Source: Candidatus Parcubacteria bacterium (GTDB lineage Bacteria > Patescibacteriota > Minisyncoccia > Phycocordibacterales > UBA2100). From it: DNA of 64,000 nucleotides. Below, piece by piece: positions 26,956 to 37,252 of this stretch. The position numbers and the translations under genes were made by a program. The DNA is taken from the NCBI GenBank assembly GCA_041168925.1, contig JBEEJY010000006.1, positions 2,859-66,858 of the forward strand, in the 5' to 3' direction. Numbering within the stretch: position 1 is the stretch's first letter; the number at the start of each line of letters is the position of its first letter. The notes under the pieces were generated by a model. The model saw only the letters and a program-made list of their open reading frames with translations. It did not search any database and was not told the origin of the DNA.

Positions 26956-28164
26956 TTATTTCGTGACTTCGCGCAGCATTGCCCACATATTCGGATCTTC
27001 GCCGCCGTCAAGCTTGAATATCGCGACTCCCCGTATCCCAAGACGTTGGGCAAGCTGCGTCTTGCCCGCTATCGAGATCGCATCGGGCCAATCCATGAGT
27101 CTGAAATTCGTGTGCGAATTCGTCGCGTCCGCAAATGCCGCGGCGGCAGTTGCCGCTATCATCGCCCCGAATCCCGATGCCTGCGGGAGAGTCGAACTTC
27201 CCGCCGGAGTGTAGGTGAAGTACATCTCTCCGGCCATGTTTCGCGCGGGCGTCACTGCGTATTGGGCGGCGATGGGAAGCGCGTAGCCCGGATTGAAGCT
27301 CCAAAGAATATCGTAGGCATACTCGCCGCCAGCGTACGCGGTGACTTCGTACTCATAGCCGTAGGTCGGGACGCCGATCACGATTTTGCTCTTCTTGATG
27401 TCTTTCGCGGCGAGCTTCACGACCTTCTCGACCCAGAATGGATCGGCTACCGGCGCATAGAGCGCCGACGAGGATGCGGCCTTGGCGGAAAGCGCGAGAT
27501 CGATTCCCTGCTGGTCATACGCCATGATGCGTACACGGTCGCAGTATTTGTTGATCGCTTTGAAATCGTTCGCATACATACCGGCATCTTCTGGTATTTG
27601 CGTCCCGTAGTATCGGCTATCAATCGGCGTGCGCGCTTCGATATCGCACATCACCCACTTTGGTCCCATGCGCATATAAAGTCCTTTCAGAAAGGTCGAG
27701 AAGTAATTCCTATCCTCGGCGCGCTTGCCTTCAAAATCGATGTCGACGCCGTCATACCCCTTTTCTTTGACAAGCGCCGCGATTCTGTCCTCAAGCGCGA
27801 TGCGGGACGTTTGGTTGGAAAGTAGCGAATGCAGGAGCTCGCCGTTCGACGTCATGATAGTCGGGATGATTCGTACTTTTTTTCCTTTTGCGGCCGCGAT
27901 GAAACTCCTCCACGGCTCTTCGTCGAGCTTGCCGTTGTCAAGAAGCGTCCCGTCGCTTTTGAGCGTATAGACGAAAGGATTCACTTCGGTCAATTGATCG
28001 AGGTGCGATAATGCGTCCGCCGTGCCGGTCGCCGCACGCCAGTACGGAATCCAGCCTGAAACTTCGAATTTTGGAGTCGAAGCGGCCGCAGCCGAAAACG
28101 GCATGCAAAAACACGCCGCAACAGCAATAAAGCGCAAATATCGCATGCTCATAAGACGAATCAT
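26956..28164 (-). CDS. Secreted glycoside hydrolase family 18-like protein (chitinase / peptidoglycan-hydrolase-like)
   Basis: A signal peptide (MRYLRFIAVAACFCMPFSAAAAS) is followed by the catalytic-motif variant YDGVDIDFEG (DxxDxDxE of GH18, with F in place of W). Confidence 0.6.
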   Translation of the reverse strand: MIRLMSMRYLRFIAVAACFCMPFSAAAASTPKFEVSGWIPYWRAATGTADALSHLDQLTEVNPFVYTLKSDGTLLDNGKLDEEPWRSFIAAAKGKKVRIIPTIMTSNGELLHSLLSNQTSRIALEDRIAALVKEKGYDGVDIDFEGKRAEDRNYFSTFLKGLYMRMGPKWVMCDIEARTPIDSRYYGTQIPEDAGMYANDFKAINKYCDRVRIMAYDQQGIDLALSAKAASSSALYAPVADPFWVEKVVKLAAKDIKKSKIVIGVPTYGYEYEVTAYAGGEYAYDILWSFNPGYALPIAAQYAVTPARNMAGEMYFTYTPAGSSTLPQASGFGAMIAATAAAAFADATNSHTNFRLMDWPDAISIAGKTQLAQRLGIRGVAIFKLDGGEDPNMWAMLREVTK

Positions 28165-28185
28165 TGTACCAAACGTTACCGATTA

Positions 28186-28986
28186 TTACGGGCCCTCGGC
28201 TTCGAATCGCGCGATCAGGCCTTTTCGTACGACCGTGCGGTAAGTCATGCCGAAAAAAAAGTACGAGGCGGCAATGTAGAAAATCGCCAAGATAAAGGCC
28301 GCCGCAAGTGGGCGGAGCGAAAGCTGACCGGAAAGTATCGCCGCGCGCATCCCTTCAAATACATACGAGGGCGGCAGTGCGTGCGATACCCACTGCATCC
28401 ATGGCGGCAGCGTCGTCACGGGATAAAAGACGCCGACGAACGGATTGAGGAGCGCGGGAATCGGCCACACGAGCCATTCTGCGGATGGTCCGATGCGCAA
28501 TACGATTGCGACACCGAATATTCCGAGGGCGATCCCGAAGAGAAACAGTATGAATAGAAACGGTATGATCTTTAGCCCCAGGGCGAAAAACGAAAATCCG
28601 AAGGCGACATAGGCAAGAAGCAAAACTCCCGCGATTACGACCGAGCTCGTAAGAATACTGGTAGCGACGAGCCCGCTTATGTACTCTGCGATTTTAAGCG
28701 GCGAAGCGAAGAGGTTTAGGAAGTTCTTTGACCATACATCTTCGAGAAACGAAGTTGTCATTCCTTGCATGACGCGCAACAAAAAACCCCACAAGATGAC
28801 TGCGCCGAGAAAGAACGTCACAACGCCAAAGGTGGGCGGTACGACACTCGAGAGATACTTCGTGATGAAACCCCATATCACAAGATCTACCGTGACCCAT
28901 ACGAACAGCTGGAACGTGCGGGTGGGGTTGTCGCGCAAAAGATAGAGCTGCCGGAGCACTATCGCATATATGCGTCGGGCATTCAT
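28186..28986 (-). CDS. ABC-2 type transporter permease
   Basis: 266 aa with six predicted TM helices. It is translationally coupled (4-nt overlap) to the upstream ABC ATPase. Confidence 0.7.
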   Translation of the reverse strand: MNARRIYAIVLRQLYLLRDNPTRTFQLFVWVTVDLVIWGFITKYLSSVVPPTFGVVTFFLGAVILWGFLLRVMQGMTTSFLEDVWSKNFLNLFASPLKIAEYISGLVATSILTSSVVIAGVLLLAYVAFGFSFFALGLKIIPFLFILFLFGIALGIFGVAIVLRIGPSAEWLVWPIPALLNPFVGVFYPVTTLPPWMQWVSHALPPSYVFEGMRAAILSGQLSLRPLAAAFILAIFYIAASYFFFGMTYRTVVRKGLIARFEAEGP

Positions 28987-29729
28987 ATGGTTTCAAGTTC
29001 GAGAGAGAGCGGTTCGCGCGCGACCGAAATAAACAGTTCTTCCAGGTTTTTCTTTCCGTACTCGCGCGGAAGTGCGGCCGGATCTCCTTCGAGCAAGACG
29101 GTGCCGTGTGAGAGAAAAAAGACCCGGTCGCACATCGCCTCGACTTCATGCATATTGTGCGATGTCCACAGCACGCCACCGATACCGGAGCGAGCAAACG
29201 TGCGAATTTGTTCTCGAATTATCTGCGCCGTCGACGGATCGAGCGAAGCGGTCGGCTCATCGAGCAGCAAGAGCGCAGGCGTGTTGAGCATCGCTTTGGC
29301 GAGCGACACTCTCGTTTGTTCGCCGGATGAAAGTAATCCGCACTTCACATGCGAAAACCTCTCCAGATCAAACTGCGCGAGGAGCTCGGCAATGCGTCGT
29401 TGTAAATCCGGCACGCCGTAAATGAGGCCGAAAATCCGCAGATTCTGCGCGACCGTCATATTGCCCGGCAATTGCGCGTAGACCGCGGCAAAATTCGTTT
29501 GACGCATAGCTTCGCTGCGATGCGTCTTGAGATCTATGCCGTCGATTCCGATTGTGCCGCCACTCGGCTCCAAAACGCCCAAAACCATGCTGATCGTCGT
29601 TGTTTTTCCTGCGCCATTGGGTCCGAGGAGTCCGACAATCTCGCCGCGCTCAAGAGAAAATGTGATATCGTTCACCGCGACTATTTCCTGATAGGTTTTA
29701 CGCAATGCGCTGACTTCGAGTACCGACAT
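28983..29729 (-). CDS. ABC transporter ATP-binding protein (ABC-2 exporter type)
   Basis: Walker A GPNGAGKTT, signature LSSGEQ, Walker B LLLLDEP. The start is trimmed to the ATG at 29729 (MSVLEVSALRKTYQ), which follows the usual ABC ATPase N-terminus. Confidence 0.85.
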   Translation of the reverse strand: MSVLEVSALRKTYQEIVAVNDITFSLERGEIVGLLGPNGAGKTTTISMVLGVLEPSGGTIGIDGIDLKTHRSEAMRQTNFAAVYAQLPGNMTVAQNLRIFGLIYGVPDLQRRIAELLAQFDLERFSHVKCGLLSSGEQTRVSLAKAMLNTPALLLLDEPTASLDPSTAQIIREQIRTFARSGIGGVLWTSHNMHEVEAMCDRVFFLSHGTVLLEGDPAALPREYGKKNLEELFISVAREPLSLELETI

Positions 29730-29751
29730 CGCGCCAGTATAACAAAGGGGC

Positions 29752-30543
29752 GTGTATGATGGGTGGATGCGACCCGCACCGCAGATCACGCTCAATAATG
29801 GCGTCGAGATGCCGATTTTCGGATTAGGCACGTGGAAGATGTCCGATGGAACGCAGTGCTACGAAGCGGTCCGAAGGGCGCTCGATATCGGCTACCGGCT
29901 CATCGATACGGCGACACTCTATGGCAACGAGAGGAGCGTCGGGAAGGCGGTGCGCGAGAGCGGCGTCCCGCGCGAAGAGATATTCGTGACGACGAAGCTC
30001 TGGCCGACCGATTTTTTCTCTCCGGAGAAAGCCTTCGAAGCGAGTTTTGAACGGCTCGCGATCGAGTACGTCGATCTTTACCTCGTCCACTGGCCGATAC
30101 CGCTCATACCTCATTCAGTGTGGTTCGCGATGGAGAAACTCTACGAAAGCAAGCGGGTGCGGGCGATCGGCGTGTCGAATTACCACATCGGAGACATCGA
30201 GAAATTACTCGAGTACGCGCACGTCGTCCCGGCGGTCAACCAAGTCAAATTCAGCCCGTTCGACTACGAAGAAGAAGTGTTGAAGTGCTGCCGCTCTCAT
30301 TGCATCAGGCTCGAGGCCTACTCTCCGCTCACGCGCGGCGCGCACTTGGATGACGCGGTGGTTGCGGCGATCGCGAAAAAACACCGCAAAACTCCGGCGC
30401 AAATCATGATTCGATGGTGTATCGAGCACGAAGTCGCGGTGATACCAAAATCATCCTCGCCGCGGCATCTTGCGGAAAATGCCGAGGTGTTCGACTTCTC
30501 CCTCGACGGGGAAGATATGCAAACTCTCAACGCCTTAAGCTGA
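29752..30543 (+). CDS. Aldo/keto reductase (2,5-diketo-D-gluconate reductase-like)
   Basis: ITLNNGVEMPIFGLGTWKM, the catalytic DTA..YGNE and LWPTD segments, and IPKSSSPRHLAENAEV are typical of AKR family members. Confidence 0.85.
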   Translation: MYDGWMRPAPQITLNNGVEMPIFGLGTWKMSDGTQCYEAVRRALDIGYRLIDTATLYGNERSVGKAVRESGVPREEIFVTTKLWPTDFFSPEKAFEASFERLAIEYVDLYLVHWPIPLIPHSVWFAMEKLYESKRVRAIGVSNYHIGDIEKLLEYAHVVPAVNQVKFSPFDYEEEVLKCCRSHCIRLEAYSPLTRGAHLDDAVVAAIAKKHRKTPAQIMIRWCIEHEVAVIPKSSSPRHLAENAEVFDFSLDGEDMQTLNALS

Positions 30544-30912
30544 TCACTGAATCACGACTACCGCCCTGAAGTGATCGTCGGAGAGGATGCAGCTGCCGGC
30601 CGCAGCGGCCTCGAACGTGACCGCATAGAGAGGCAAAGTGACCCGTAGCGCGTCCGGTATTTCCCCGATAACGCCTTGAGGGATGCACGAGAGCTTCGCG
30701 CGCGGATTCTCCCGCTCATCGAGAAATACGCTGAAACGAGTTGCGACGCCGTACAGGAGCGTCTTTCCGGAATCGCTTTGATGAAGCTTGAGCGGACACT
30801 CCCCGAGCACGCAGGCTGTTTGCGTATGGCTCAGGCTCGAGAGTGATAGCGCCCCCCAGATCAGACCGACGATGAGGAGCGACGGCACGAGGATAAGAAG
30901 CGAGGTGCGCAC
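30544..30912 (-). CDS. Hypothetical small secreted or membrane protein
   Basis: The ORF-track call 30544..31020 overlaps the upstream gene. The TM helix SLLILVPSLLIVGLIWGALSL is followed by a Cys-containing domain. The start is uncertain. Confidence 0.3.
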   Translation of the reverse strand: MRTSLLILVPSLLIVGLIWGALSLSSLSHTQTACVLGECPLKLHQSDSGKTLLYGVATRFSVFLDERENPRAKLSCIPQGVIGEIPDALRVTLPLYAVTFEAAAAGSCILSDDHFRAVVVIQ

Positions 30913-30934
30913 GCTTTTTATAATACCATCTGGG

Positions 30935-31606
30935 CTAGTACCATGTTGACTCGCCGTCTTGCGATAGCGAAATCGGAGGTCCGAGATACCGAGGCTCGCG
31001 CTTTGCGACAATATCAACAATCGCTTTCAGCGATGCGGGTATCTCGCGGGCATAATCCGCAAGAGACCCTTCGCCGCCTTCTGCGGGAATGCCATACGCT
31101 TCGATTCCTGAATGTCGCGCGATCCAAAGCGCACGCGGGAGATGGAAATCCTGCGTCACGATCGTCATTGAATGCACGAGAAATACGGAGCGGGCCCGAT
31201 ACATGCTCGAGTAGGTGTCGAATCCCGCATGATCGAGGAATATGTCCGCCGCCGGAACTCCCGCGGCGAGCAGGTAGTTGCGGACCGGGGTCACTTCGTC
31301 GTGCGTGAGCGCGCCGTTGTCACCCGTCACGAGTATCTTCGAAACTTTCCGCGCCCGATAGAGGGCGATGGCGAGATCGGCTCGTTTCGCGAGTATGGCC
31401 GACGGTTCTCCGCGGACGACCGACGCGCCAAGCACAAGCGCAACCTCAGTCTGAGGGACGGCATCGATCGACTGTCTCAAAAAAGCATCGACGTCGGCCC
31501 GCATGCCGATCGGTATCGAGAGAAAAACCACGAGTAAAAGAAGTCCGGCGATGAGCCACGACTCGACTCGATGGCGCACGCTCCGCCACGGTTGCATATC
31601 GGGCAT
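30935..31606 (-). CDS. DUF218 (YdcF/SanA/ElyC-like) domain protein, membrane-anchored
   Basis: An N-terminal TM helix is followed by ALVLGASV...LAKRADLAIALYRARKVSKILVTGDN and AGVPAADIFLDHAGFDTYSS, which are typical DUF218 blocks. Confidence 0.7.
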   Translation of the reverse strand: MPDMQPWRSVRHRVESWLIAGLLLLVVFLSIPIGMRADVDAFLRQSIDAVPQTEVALVLGASVVRGEPSAILAKRADLAIALYRARKVSKILVTGDNGALTHDEVTPVRNYLLAAGVPAADIFLDHAGFDTYSSMYRARSVFLVHSMTIVTQDFHLPRALWIARHSGIEAYGIPAEGGEGSLADYAREIPASLKAIVDIVAKREPRYLGPPISLSQDGESTWY

Positions 31607-31685
31607 TATGCATGAGCGAAGCGATTTGTCGCCAGTGACGAAAACACCCGCGCCGACCTTCGGTCGGCGCGGGTGTTTCGCGCGA

Positions 31686-33494
31686 TTAGTAGTTAACCTG
31701 GAAAGTCAGTTGTTGAGTCGCTCCGGCGCTGTTGGTGATGTAGACCGGATATGAACCCGGAAGAACCGGCTGGAGATACTGCGCGCACACGCCGCCCTGC
31801 GGGGTAACGTCGCACGGCGAGAGGTAGGAAGGCACCGTGTAGTAGAGCGTTGTGCCGTTTTGCGAATAGGCGTGCATCATCCCTCCCGTACCGAAGTGGA
31901 TCGTGTTGTCGCTCGTAAACCCGCTGCCGCTCAAGATGATCTGCGTCCCGACATGGCCCGAAGTAGGCGCGATCGAGGAGAGCGTGACCGAGCCCGCGCT
32001 CGTCCCACCGACGCTTATCGTCGCGGTCGCAGAATTCTGCTGACCGCTCTGGTTGCTCGCCGTGAAGGTGATCGTGTACGTGCCTTGATTCTGGTACACG
32101 TGGGTGAAGGTGATCGTTTGCGCTCCGGCACCGGTAACGATCTGCGGCGTGCCTGCTCCCATGTATCCGAATCCTGTATCTCCCCAATCGACCGAGACCG
32201 AGGTAAACGAGCTGCCGCCCACGTTGAGCGTGAGCGACCACGTGCCGCCTTGTCCAACCCCGAGCGAGGTCGGGCCGGTGACATTGGTGATCGAAGGCGC
32301 ATTCGAGCCGGAGAGGGCCGTGATCGTGAATGGCACTGGATTGCTCGTCGAGCCCCATCCGTTCGTCACGGAAACGTTGTACGTCCCGAGACCGATTGGC
32401 TGATAGCCAAAACCCGAGAGCGTGCTCGGCACCGAGAACGAAAGCGAGGTGCCGTCGAAGGAGCGCAGGTTGGCGATAATGCCGTTGCCGAAATGGACCG
32501 TGTTGTTCGATGACGTGAAGCCGTAACCGAAGATCGTCACATTGGTGCCGACCGCGCCGGATTGCGGCGTGAGATAGTTGATCGACATCTGCCCCTGCGG
32601 ACAATTATACGGAGTGGCGCATGGTTGGGTCGGCGGATACGTAGGCGGATAGGTCGGATACGTGCAATTCTCATACGGATAAGCGCCACACGGGCCAGGA
32701 ACCCCGATCACGTTGAATGTAAGCGCATTCGAGGTGCCGCGCGAGTTGCCGACGGAGATCGAGACCGCGCCGCCGGTCACTGACGGAAGATTGAACGTCA
32801 GCATCGAGCCGTTCGCCGAGGGAACATTCGAGAGTGTCGTGCCGCCGACGTATACGCTGTTGCTGATAGCGTCGAAACCGGACCCGTAGACGGTAATCGG
32901 CGTGCCAGGTGTTCCGGAGGTTGCGGAAAGCGACGAGAGGGTCGGTGCCGAGTTGTAGTTTTGGCATGAGTAGAAGTACGGAAAGGTGCCGCAGGAGCCG
33001 TAGCCGAAACCGCCGGCGACCTGTCCGTAATAATTGGACGGGTATGAGGGAAACGCGCCGTAGTTCGGATAGGTCGGCGTGTACGCATTCCAATTCCAAT
33101 TGTATGCATTCCCCTGCCCGAGCAGCGTTCCAGGCATACGGCAGCTTGCGTTTGAGATCGCGGCACGAGTCCCGGCATCAACAATGCCGGTTGTCGGTAA
33201 GCCTTGTGTTTGCTGAAAATCGCGCACCGCGGCAAGCGTCGCTTGGCCGAAGTATCCGGTAACCATCCACGAGCCGGAACCCGGATAATTTTGCGCGACG
33301 AGGAAGTTCTGGAGATGAGTAACCTGCGAGCCTTTCGCGCCGAACGCGAGATCACCCGTGAGATTCACGCAACCTCCCGAATACGTGCTCATCGGCGAGA
33401 TTCCGTACGAGGGACCATAATAGCTTTGTGCCGAAGCGGCCGAGGCGCTTGCGAGGGTAAGCGCGATAACCGACGAAGCGAGGAGTTTGTTCAT
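31686..33494 (-). CDS. Large secreted surface protein: N-terminal peptidoglycan-binding domain followed by repeated IPT/TIG-like and PKD-like beta-sandwich domains
   Basis: A signal peptide MNKLLASSVIALTLASASAASAQS is followed by the PG-binding pattern LAFGAKGSQVTHLQNFL...TGYFGQATLAAVRDFQ...GLPTTGIVDAGT. Three repeat units have the form LSS.SATSG.PGT.ITV.GSGF...N.V.FG (IPT-like). A PKD-like FTHVYQNQGTYTITFTASN is also present. 602 aa. Confidence 0.65.
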   Translation of the reverse strand: MNKLLASSVIALTLASASAASAQSYYGPSYGISPMSTYSGGCVNLTGDLAFGAKGSQVTHLQNFLVAQNYPGSGSWMVTGYFGQATLAAVRDFQQTQGLPTTGIVDAGTRAAISNASCRMPGTLLGQGNAYNWNWNAYTPTYPNYGAFPSYPSNYYGQVAGGFGYGSCGTFPYFYSCQNYNSAPTLSSLSATSGTPGTPITVYGSGFDAISNSVYVGGTTLSNVPSANGSMLTFNLPSVTGGAVSISVGNSRGTSNALTFNVIGVPGPCGAYPYENCTYPTYPPTYPPTQPCATPYNCPQGQMSINYLTPQSGAVGTNVTIFGYGFTSSNNTVHFGNGIIANLRSFDGTSLSFSVPSTLSGFGYQPIGLGTYNVSVTNGWGSTSNPVPFTITALSGSNAPSITNVTGPTSLGVGQGGTWSLTLNVGGSSFTSVSVDWGDTGFGYMGAGTPQIVTGAGAQTITFTHVYQNQGTYTITFTASNQSGQQNSATATISVGGTSAGSVTLSSIAPTSGHVGTQIILSGSGFTSDNTIHFGTGGMMHAYSQNGTTLYYTVPSYLSPCDVTPQGGVCAQYLQPVLPGSYPVYITNSAGATQQLTFQVNY

Positions 33495-33684
33495 AAGATG
33501 CCTATAAATAAGGCTATTTACCTTGACCTTTTAGTGATTTCAATGGCTAATGCGTGCACTATAGCGGCTAGCGAGCGGAATCGCAAGCCTCGGCTTTGAG
33601 ACTTACGGTCCGCGAGCGAAGACGCCAAACGAGCGGAGCGACTATGCACCAGGGCCTTTTTTTATGCAAGTCTCGAGCATGCCG

Positions 33685-34941
33685 CTAATGCCGCCTCGGA
33701 AAGAAAAGCAGTACCGACCAGGCGCATACGATGACGAAGCCGCCAGCGATAAAGGGCGCGCGCACGCCGAGTGCTCCCGAGCCGAAACCTGCAAGGAGCG
33801 GAATGATGCCCTGTGAAAGCGCGATGAGAGATCCGTTGATGCCAAGCGCCGCTCCTTGGCGCTCCGCGGATACGCTTTTCGAAACAAGCGAGGTCAAATT
33901 AGCCATCGTGAGCCCCTGCGGCACCGCAAGGAGCGGCATTGTCGCATACAGTGCTGCAGGAGAGGGCATGAAGGGATAGGCAAGCATCGTCACGCCCATG
34001 ATCGGCATCGTGTAGCGCACGATCTGACGCTCCCCGTATTTGTTCGCGATGACGCGCAGGATGAATAATTGCGTGATGACGACCCATGCGCCGATCACTC
34101 CGAAGAAAGTACCGATTCCCGCTTCGTCAAATGAAAATCGCTGCACCAAGAGCACGCCCATGAACGAGGTCAGAAATGAAAAGCCCGACATGTAGAGGAA
34201 CGTCGCGAGGTAGACAGGCCGTGCATGGACATCTCGGATAGCCGCGCGGATATTGTGAACACCCTTCAAAAGCGTGAAGCGGCGGCTCGCAAGCGGGTTC
34301 TTGTTCGTCTCCGATAGAAAATAGGTGATGAAAAGCAGATTGATGACACCCAAAATCCCCGCAAGCCAGAAAGGCGAGGCGGGATTGTGGGTAAGACCGG
34401 CAACCCATCCGCCGAGCACGGGGCCGATGATGAATCCGATACCGAAAGCCGCTCCGACGAGGCCGAAATTTTTCGCGCGTTCGCGTGGCTCGGTCACGTC
34501 GGCGATCGCGGCCTGTGCGATCGAGAAATTCGCAGCCGCAAGCCCCGCGATTGCGCGAGAAAAGAGAATGAGCCCGACCGACGCGATCTCGATGCCGAAT
34601 CCGAAAAGCACCTGCGAGATGGCGAGGACGCCCACGCCGAACGTTAGCAGGCGTTTACGGCCGTACACATCGGAGAATTCGCCGAGCAATGGCGCCGCGA
34701 TGAATTGCATGATCCCGAAGAGCGAGGTCACGAGGCCCGCGACGATAAACTGCATGCTCTGCGAATAACCGTGCAAGAGGAACGAGGATGACGCCGGATC
34801 GGTAAAGATAACGGGAATGATCGGAAACACCATACCCGTCCCCACCATGTCGAGGAGAAGCGTCCCGAAAAGGATGGGCAATATTTTCTTCTGCTGTTCG
34901 CTCATGTGAATGGCGGGCATGTCAGCCCGCGACGCGCTCAT
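33685..34941 (-). CDS. MFS transporter
   Basis: 418 aa with 12 predicted TM helices and the G-x-L-x-D-x-x-G-R-K/R-like motif ([13 protein letters not shown]) in loop 2-3. Confidence 0.85.
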   Translation of the reverse strand: MSASRADMPAIHMSEQQKKILPILFGTLLLDMVGTGMVFPIIPVIFTDPASSSFLLHGYSQSMQFIVAGLVTSLFGIMQFIAAPLLGEFSDVYGRKRLLTFGVGVLAISQVLFGFGIEIASVGLILFSRAIAGLAAANFSIAQAAIADVTEPRERAKNFGLVGAAFGIGFIIGPVLGGWVAGLTHNPASPFWLAGILGVINLLFITYFLSETNKNPLASRRFTLLKGVHNIRAAIRDVHARPVYLATFLYMSGFSFLTSFMGVLLVQRFSFDEAGIGTFFGVIGAWVVITQLFILRVIANKYGERQIVRYTMPIMGVTMLAYPFMPSPAALYATMPLLAVPQGLTMANLTSLVSKSVSAERQGAALGINGSLIALSQGIIPLLAGFGSGALGVRAPFIAGGFVIVCAWSVLLFFPRRH

Positions 34942-34975
34942 GCTATCACGCCGGACTGGGAGACTTGGAGTCGAA

Positions 34976-35046
34976 CCAAGATTAACTGATCCAGAGTCAG
35001 TTGTCCTACCATTAGACGATCTCCCAATGCGGGTTAAGGATAACTG
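34976..35046 (-). tRNA. tRNA-Gln (anticodon CUG)
   Basis: Reverse complement TGGGAGA-TC-GTCT-AATGGTA-GGAC-A-ACTGA-CTCTGGA-TCAGT-TAAT-CTTGG-TTCGACT-CCAAG-TCTCCCA-G folds as a 71-nt cloverleaf. The anticodon loop is CU-CUG-GA. CCA is not encoded. Confidence 0.8.
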
Positions 35047-35253
35047 AAAAGGTACGCTGCTTCAATCTCCGACTGCGCTCGCGTCGATCGATGAGTTGGA
35101 GGCGTCGGTAATATTCACGCTACCAGGACCGCACGCCTTGGCAGCCGTTTTGAATTGCGACCATGCCGTTTGCTGGGCGCTTTTCCAATTTCTATGCGCA
35201 CTGCGCAACGATACCCATCTTGTATCTTGCTATATAGCGGGTGAGATATGAAG

Positions 35254-36177
35254 TCACGATGAAAGACAAGTGCGTCTGTCGCGCATGAGCTCGATAGGAA
35301 TTTCGCGCGTTGATCGCACGCCTTCGCGTCCGAACATGACGTCCAGTAAAAGACCGTGACTCACGGCGTCGTTCCAATACTGGTCAAAAATGAAATTGCC
35401 GAGTGAGTAGTAAATATCTTTCTCCCGATAGACTTCGCGTTCCTGAACGATGTGGGGATGCGAACCGATGACTATCGAAGCGCCCGCATCGATAAATTGA
35501 TGCGCGAGTGCGCGCACGCGCGGCAGAGGCTCGACATATTCTTCTCCCCAATGCGCGTATACGACCACCACTCTTCCTTCGCGCGCCTCGACACTGACTT
35601 GCGCGACCGTGTGATCGGGCTTGTCCGATGTCCAATCGCTCCAATTGACGAATGAAAGTGGCACGCCGCCTACTTCGAGGCGCGCAACCCGCTCGCCCTC
35701 AAGAGCGTCTGGATCGCCGAAAAATGCGATCCCCGCTTCACTCAGATGCTGCTTCGTTTCGCGAAGCCCGGCTCTACTGAAATTCAGTATGTGGTTGTTC
35801 CCGATCGAGACAAGGCGAATGTTGTGGGCGAAGAGCAATGGCGCAGTCGAAGTCGGGAAAGTGAAGATGTAGTTGTCGGGTACTCCTACCCCGCTCCCAA
35901 CGCTGCGGGAGAGATTGACGGTTATGGGTCCTTCGAGATTCGCAACAACAAGATCGGCATCGGCAAGAAAATCACCGATGCAGGAAAATAGATATTCGCC
36001 TCCTTGCGCCGCCATCGCGGTGCGAATGGAGCGATCGAACATCATGTCGCCGCCAAAGATGATTCTGGCTTCAGGTTCCCGTGGAAGCGAGACCGGAGCG
36101 AAATACGCGACGGCATGAGAAGGAAGCAGTCCGGCGAAGAGTGCCGAGAGTGTCGCAAGGAATTCCGCGAGTCCCAT
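35254..36177 (-). CDS. CapA/PgsA-family (PGA_cap) metallophosphoesterase-fold protein
   Basis: IIFGGDMMFDR, VVANLEGPIT, IVIGSHPHIVQ and YSLGNFIFDQ are the conserved blocks of the CapA family (poly-gamma-glutamate capsule biosynthesis-like). An N-terminal TM helix is present. Confidence 0.75.
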   Translation of the reverse strand: MGLAEFLATLSALFAGLLPSHAVAYFAPVSLPREPEARIIFGGDMMFDRSIRTAMAAQGGEYLFSCIGDFLADADLVVANLEGPITVNLSRSVGSGVGVPDNYIFTFPTSTAPLLFAHNIRLVSIGNNHILNFSRAGLRETKQHLSEAGIAFFGDPDALEGERVARLEVGGVPLSFVNWSDWTSDKPDHTVAQVSVEAREGRVVVVYAHWGEEYVEPLPRVRALAHQFIDAGASIVIGSHPHIVQEREVYREKDIYYSLGNFIFDQYWNDAVSHGLLLDVMFGREGVRSTREIPIELMRDRRTCLSS

Positions 36178-37223
36178 TATCGAATGATACCAGCGAGTGA
36201 GTGCGGCTTCCCTTCCGCAATCGCCGCATGGGTGATGCGGATGAATTGCGCTTTCTGTTCGAATTCGGGGATCGTTTTCGCCCCGACATAACCCATGCCG
36301 ACCTGTACGCCGGAGGCGAGAGTCGCCACGATGTCACCGACAGGACCTTTGTATGGGACCATCGCCTCGACGCCTTCGGGCACGGCTTTGCGACCGTGCG
36401 TGAAATACCGCTCGCTCCCCGAAGCGCTCCTGATAACCGCTTCGGATCCCATGCCGCGGTATTCTTTGAATTTCTTCCCCTCTTTTTCGACAATATTGCC
36501 CGGCGCCTCATCGGTGCCAGCAAAAAGGTTGCCGAGCATGACAGCCGACGCTCCGGCGGCAAGAGCTTTGGCGATATCCCCGGATGTGCGAATGCCGCCA
36601 TCGGCAACGACCGGTATTTTTTTCTTTTTTGCGACCGCAACAACTTCAAGCACGGCAGAGAGCTGAGGTACGCCTACGCCCGAAATGAGGCGAGTTGTAC
36701 AAATTGAGCCGGGTCCCACCCCCACCTTCACGGCATCGGCGAATTCACACGCGGCTTTTGCGGCATCTCCCGTTGCGATATTGCCGAAGATTACTTTCGC
36801 ATGATTCAGGCTCTTTTTGATCTTCTTTGCGCTCGCGACGACATTGAGATTATGTCCGTGCGCGCAATCGATGACGATCGCATCCGCTCCGGCCCTATCG
36901 AGTGATCGAGCCCGATCGACCGCGAACGGTCCGCACGCCGCGGCGACTTTTACTCCCGCGGCTTTCACTTCCCGTACCATCGCGACCTGCTCCTCGACGG
37001 AGCAGTTGCGGTGCAATACGCCCAAACCGCCGAGTTTGCCGAGCGCGATTGCCATGGCGCTTTCCGTCACGCGATCCATTGCGGCGCTCAGAAACGGCAT
37101 CAAGAGTTCGATGCCTGCAATTTTTGTCTTGAGAGACGCCTCCGCAGGCTCCATGGAACTCGCCCCAGGGCGGATAAGCACGTCGTCGAAGGTAAACCCT
37201 TCTTTGAGAATTTTGACACCCAT
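36177..37223 (-). CDS. IMP dehydrogenase / GMP reductase family protein lacking the CBS subdomain
   Basis: The catalytic loop [11 protein letters not shown] with its Cys, the phosphate-binding [23 protein letters not shown], and the 348-aa length (no CBS pair) fit either GuaC-like or CBS-less GuaB. Confidence 0.8.
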   Translation of the reverse strand: MGVKILKEGFTFDDVLIRPGASSMEPAEASLKTKIAGIELLMPFLSAAMDRVTESAMAIALGKLGGLGVLHRNCSVEEQVAMVREVKAAGVKVAAACGPFAVDRARSLDRAGADAIVIDCAHGHNLNVVASAKKIKKSLNHAKVIFGNIATGDAAKAACEFADAVKVGVGPGSICTTRLISGVGVPQLSAVLEVVAVAKKKKIPVVADGGIRTSGDIAKALAAGASAVMLGNLFAGTDEAPGNIVEKEGKKFKEYRGMGSEAVIRSASGSERYFTHGRKAVPEGVEAMVPYKGPVGDIVATLASGVQVGMGYVGAKTIPEFEQKAQFIRITHAAIAEGKPHSLAGIIR

Positions 37224-37252
37224 GCGCTATTATACTTTCTCGAACGAAAAAG

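Noticed and set aside
26437-27825. 462-aa plus-strand ORF overlapping the DsbA-like and GH18 genes.
   Set aside because: Antisense to two genes with clear signal peptides and catalytic motifs. Arg-rich low-complexity translation.
31693-32604. 303-aa and 217-aa alternative-frame ORFs inside the large surface-protein gene (31693..32604 minus, 31860..32513 plus).
   Set aside because: Only the 31686..33494 frame gives the signal peptide, PG-binding domain and repeated Ig-like units. The others are Arg/His-rich frame artefacts.
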